Source: Phoronis australis (taxonomy: Eukaryota > Animalia > Phoronida). Taken from it: a stretch of DNA of 64,000 bases. The notes under the pieces are model-generated. The model was given only the letters and a program-made list of their open reading frames with translations. It had not been told where the DNA came from and did no database searches. This document shows, in pieces, positions 61,671-64,000 of this stretch (its first letter is position 1; each line of letters starts with the position of its first letter). The stretch is taken from the NCBI GenBank assembly GCA_002633005.1, contig NMRA01000264.1, positions 62,001-126,000 of the forward strand, given 5' to 3'. A program made the translations under genes and the position numbers.

Positions 61671-64000
61671 GTACGTGTTCACAGCGATGATAACGTCATT
61701 TATAATCACCTGTATAGTGTACAATGCAGTTGTAATATTCCGTTATTCGTTGCATTCCCCAGATCAACTGTACAGCATGTGTTGTAAATAAGACTAGTTC
61801 TTCTATGAACAATTGATTACAACTTGTTTTCGTTTTTGAGGCTTTCGTAATTGTATCAGAAAATCGAAGGGAAATAAACGTGCCCACTTCGGGATTCAAA
61901 TAACGTAAAATTGATAAATTTAGCCACGATGACTATGATTTAGTCGCCACGCTGTTTAGTTGAATTCTTTCTAACTCTGCATGAGATCTTCTTAAGGTAA
62001 GATTTTTATGGACACAGAACCTCAGTTCGAGTATTCAGAGAGCATTTTACTTGGGGTTAGTCGGTTGAATATAAGTGACATTCTGGAGAACAGTTATCAA
62101 ATTAATCAACTTTTGGATATTCAGGATGTTGTAGTTGGGCGGTTATGATAAGAAATTACATCTATTGACCTAATCACTCGACCCATTAATACAATGCTAC
62201 CTAACACAAAAGGCAAGACAATGCACTTATATAAAAGCAGTTTTTCTTCCGTTTTCGCGTCTTCATGTACGAAAATTACCCATAGACTCATTTACCGTGC
62301 TAGTTTTAACGCCACCCTCCCACAAACAGGCGAATTTGATACTCGAAGCTACACAGCCGACATTACGTTATAACACACCTTGCGATCTAGTAAAGTAACT
62401 TTTTATGGTTTGCTTTAATGCAGCTCGAGTTGACATCACTAATCTGCTTGTTTTTTAACTGTTTGTGCATCGTGGCATGTCGCTATTGGAATTCCCTGCG
62501 GGACCTTAGTCTCGATTTGTTACAATTCCTCGATTATTGCCTCCCCCATTGTAATTGAAGTCTATCGAGTATGACGGGTTCATTACTTCAACAAACACTG
62601 GAGTAAATCCTAAGAATTGACCTCATTTTCCTCGAGTTTCTAAGACCAGCGTGTGAAATTGACATGTGTATTTCTACGCCTGAGACATATGGTTATCGCT
62701 AGAGCAGTGTTGTTGTTACACAAGGTGATATTTTCCTAACGAGTGTCCAAACCCTTCTGTTTCCATCTCGCCATGAGTCGCCCTGAAACCTTGATAAACG
62801 TTCCTCGATTCCTGTCCATCACGAACTTGAAACGACGTGTCAAAATACTCTGCCACGCGCATCTGTGCTACGAGTACTCTTTGGCAAGTTAGTTTGAGTT
62901 TGTCTTATGAGCACATGTGTTTGTGTGTTTGTGAAACTGTTCGGCTGTCGTGTCAAGTGATAACAATGTCGTTCTCACGAGATTGTAAATCTTTCATGAA
63001 AACGTTCCAGTTCCAAACCTCACATTTCCAACACCCACCAGTCGTTCTGAACGCCACATACATGTACAATAATTTCATTGTCGCGCTTTATGAAATTGTT
63101 GTAAGACTCGAAAATTTATAAACATTTGATCTTCCGTTTGTTTTCTATTTCGCCTAATTCGAGAAGGTCAGTTTTCGCAGTTTAGCCGAATTTACTGTTC
63201 TTGACATTTGACTTGTATAAAACTAATTACATAGAATGTATACAAAACTCGCTTGCACACATTTCCAGAGAATTGCTGCAGAATACCCGAATGGCTGATA
63301 CACAGTGAAATACAGGCATGTTTTGCTTTGACATTGCCTCGGGCTTGTCGACTTTAGCTTTTTGATTAATCAACCAAGCATTCATTCAATGAGTATTTCA
63401 GTCGCATAGCTGGATATATCTTTTGTTTCTCTTTAGTGTCGCTTGATTGTCAAAGATGGTGCGCCTACCTTATGGTGCCATTCAGAATTTTCACTGAGTC
63501 AAACCTGCTCTTTATTAAAAACAGTGCAAATCACTTCTCAAACCATATTTGCAGAGAGTTGCTTGATAGCAAATTAAAGCCAATTCCCGTAAAACTTTCA
63601 TTCGTTCTATAAGTCACGTGAACATACGTCATACTCTGTCGCGTAATCATCGAGTTTTTTAAGACACTTTGTAGAATAATGTGAAACTTTAATACGGCTT
63701 AGTAAATTGCAAACATGAAGTACTATTCCCTGTAAATCAAGACTGTACCTTAATTAGTGAGTTCTTGATACTCAAATACTTTGGGGAGATCTCTTAAATA
63801 TTTCGTCATGAAACCTGCATGAACATTAGAAGTTCATTTAGAAATACAACAACACGTGCTTGCAACATGCGTCGACAAAACGACCGGACTACTTTTTGCC
63901 AACTGTGTTACGTAAAAGTATAATCTTTTGAGTATTGTAATTTTTAAGTCTTCGGGTTAGCCAATTTCAAGAAAACGTTTGTCGAGAGCGACAAATTTTG

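Overview
This is AT-rich, intron-containing eukaryotic DNA, most likely from an invertebrate animal; the taxon cannot be fixed from sequence alone. Almost all short ORFs in the supplied track are spurious, so I reconstructed genes by hand from GT-AG splice sites and exon phases. (1) Bases 1-33.2 kb hold a birth-and-death cluster of secreted cystine-knot (ICK/knottin, C-C-CC-C-C) peptide genes. Three look intact: two triple-knot precursors and one quadruple-knot precursor. The rest are pseudogenes, a segmental duplication and a tandem array of alternative mature-peptide exons. (2) Bases 36.9-50.7 kb (minus strand) hold a six-exon, phase-consistent gene model of about 1578 codons. It fuses an LRR-ROC-COR (Roco GTPase) module to a FAM111-like trypsin-fold serine protease with an intact His/Asp/Ser triad, and is interrupted by one in-frame TAG. 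(3) An 83-bp tandem repeat at 28.2-28.5 kb carries a minimal type I hammerhead ribozyme motif in each unit; two other hammerhead-like motifs lie elsewhere. The remainder is transposon debris (Academ-like element, LINE fragment, MITEs, tRNA-headed SINE-like elements), microsatellites, and the first coding exon of another secreted-protein gene near 61.6 kb. All gene models are manual predictions without transcript evidence.
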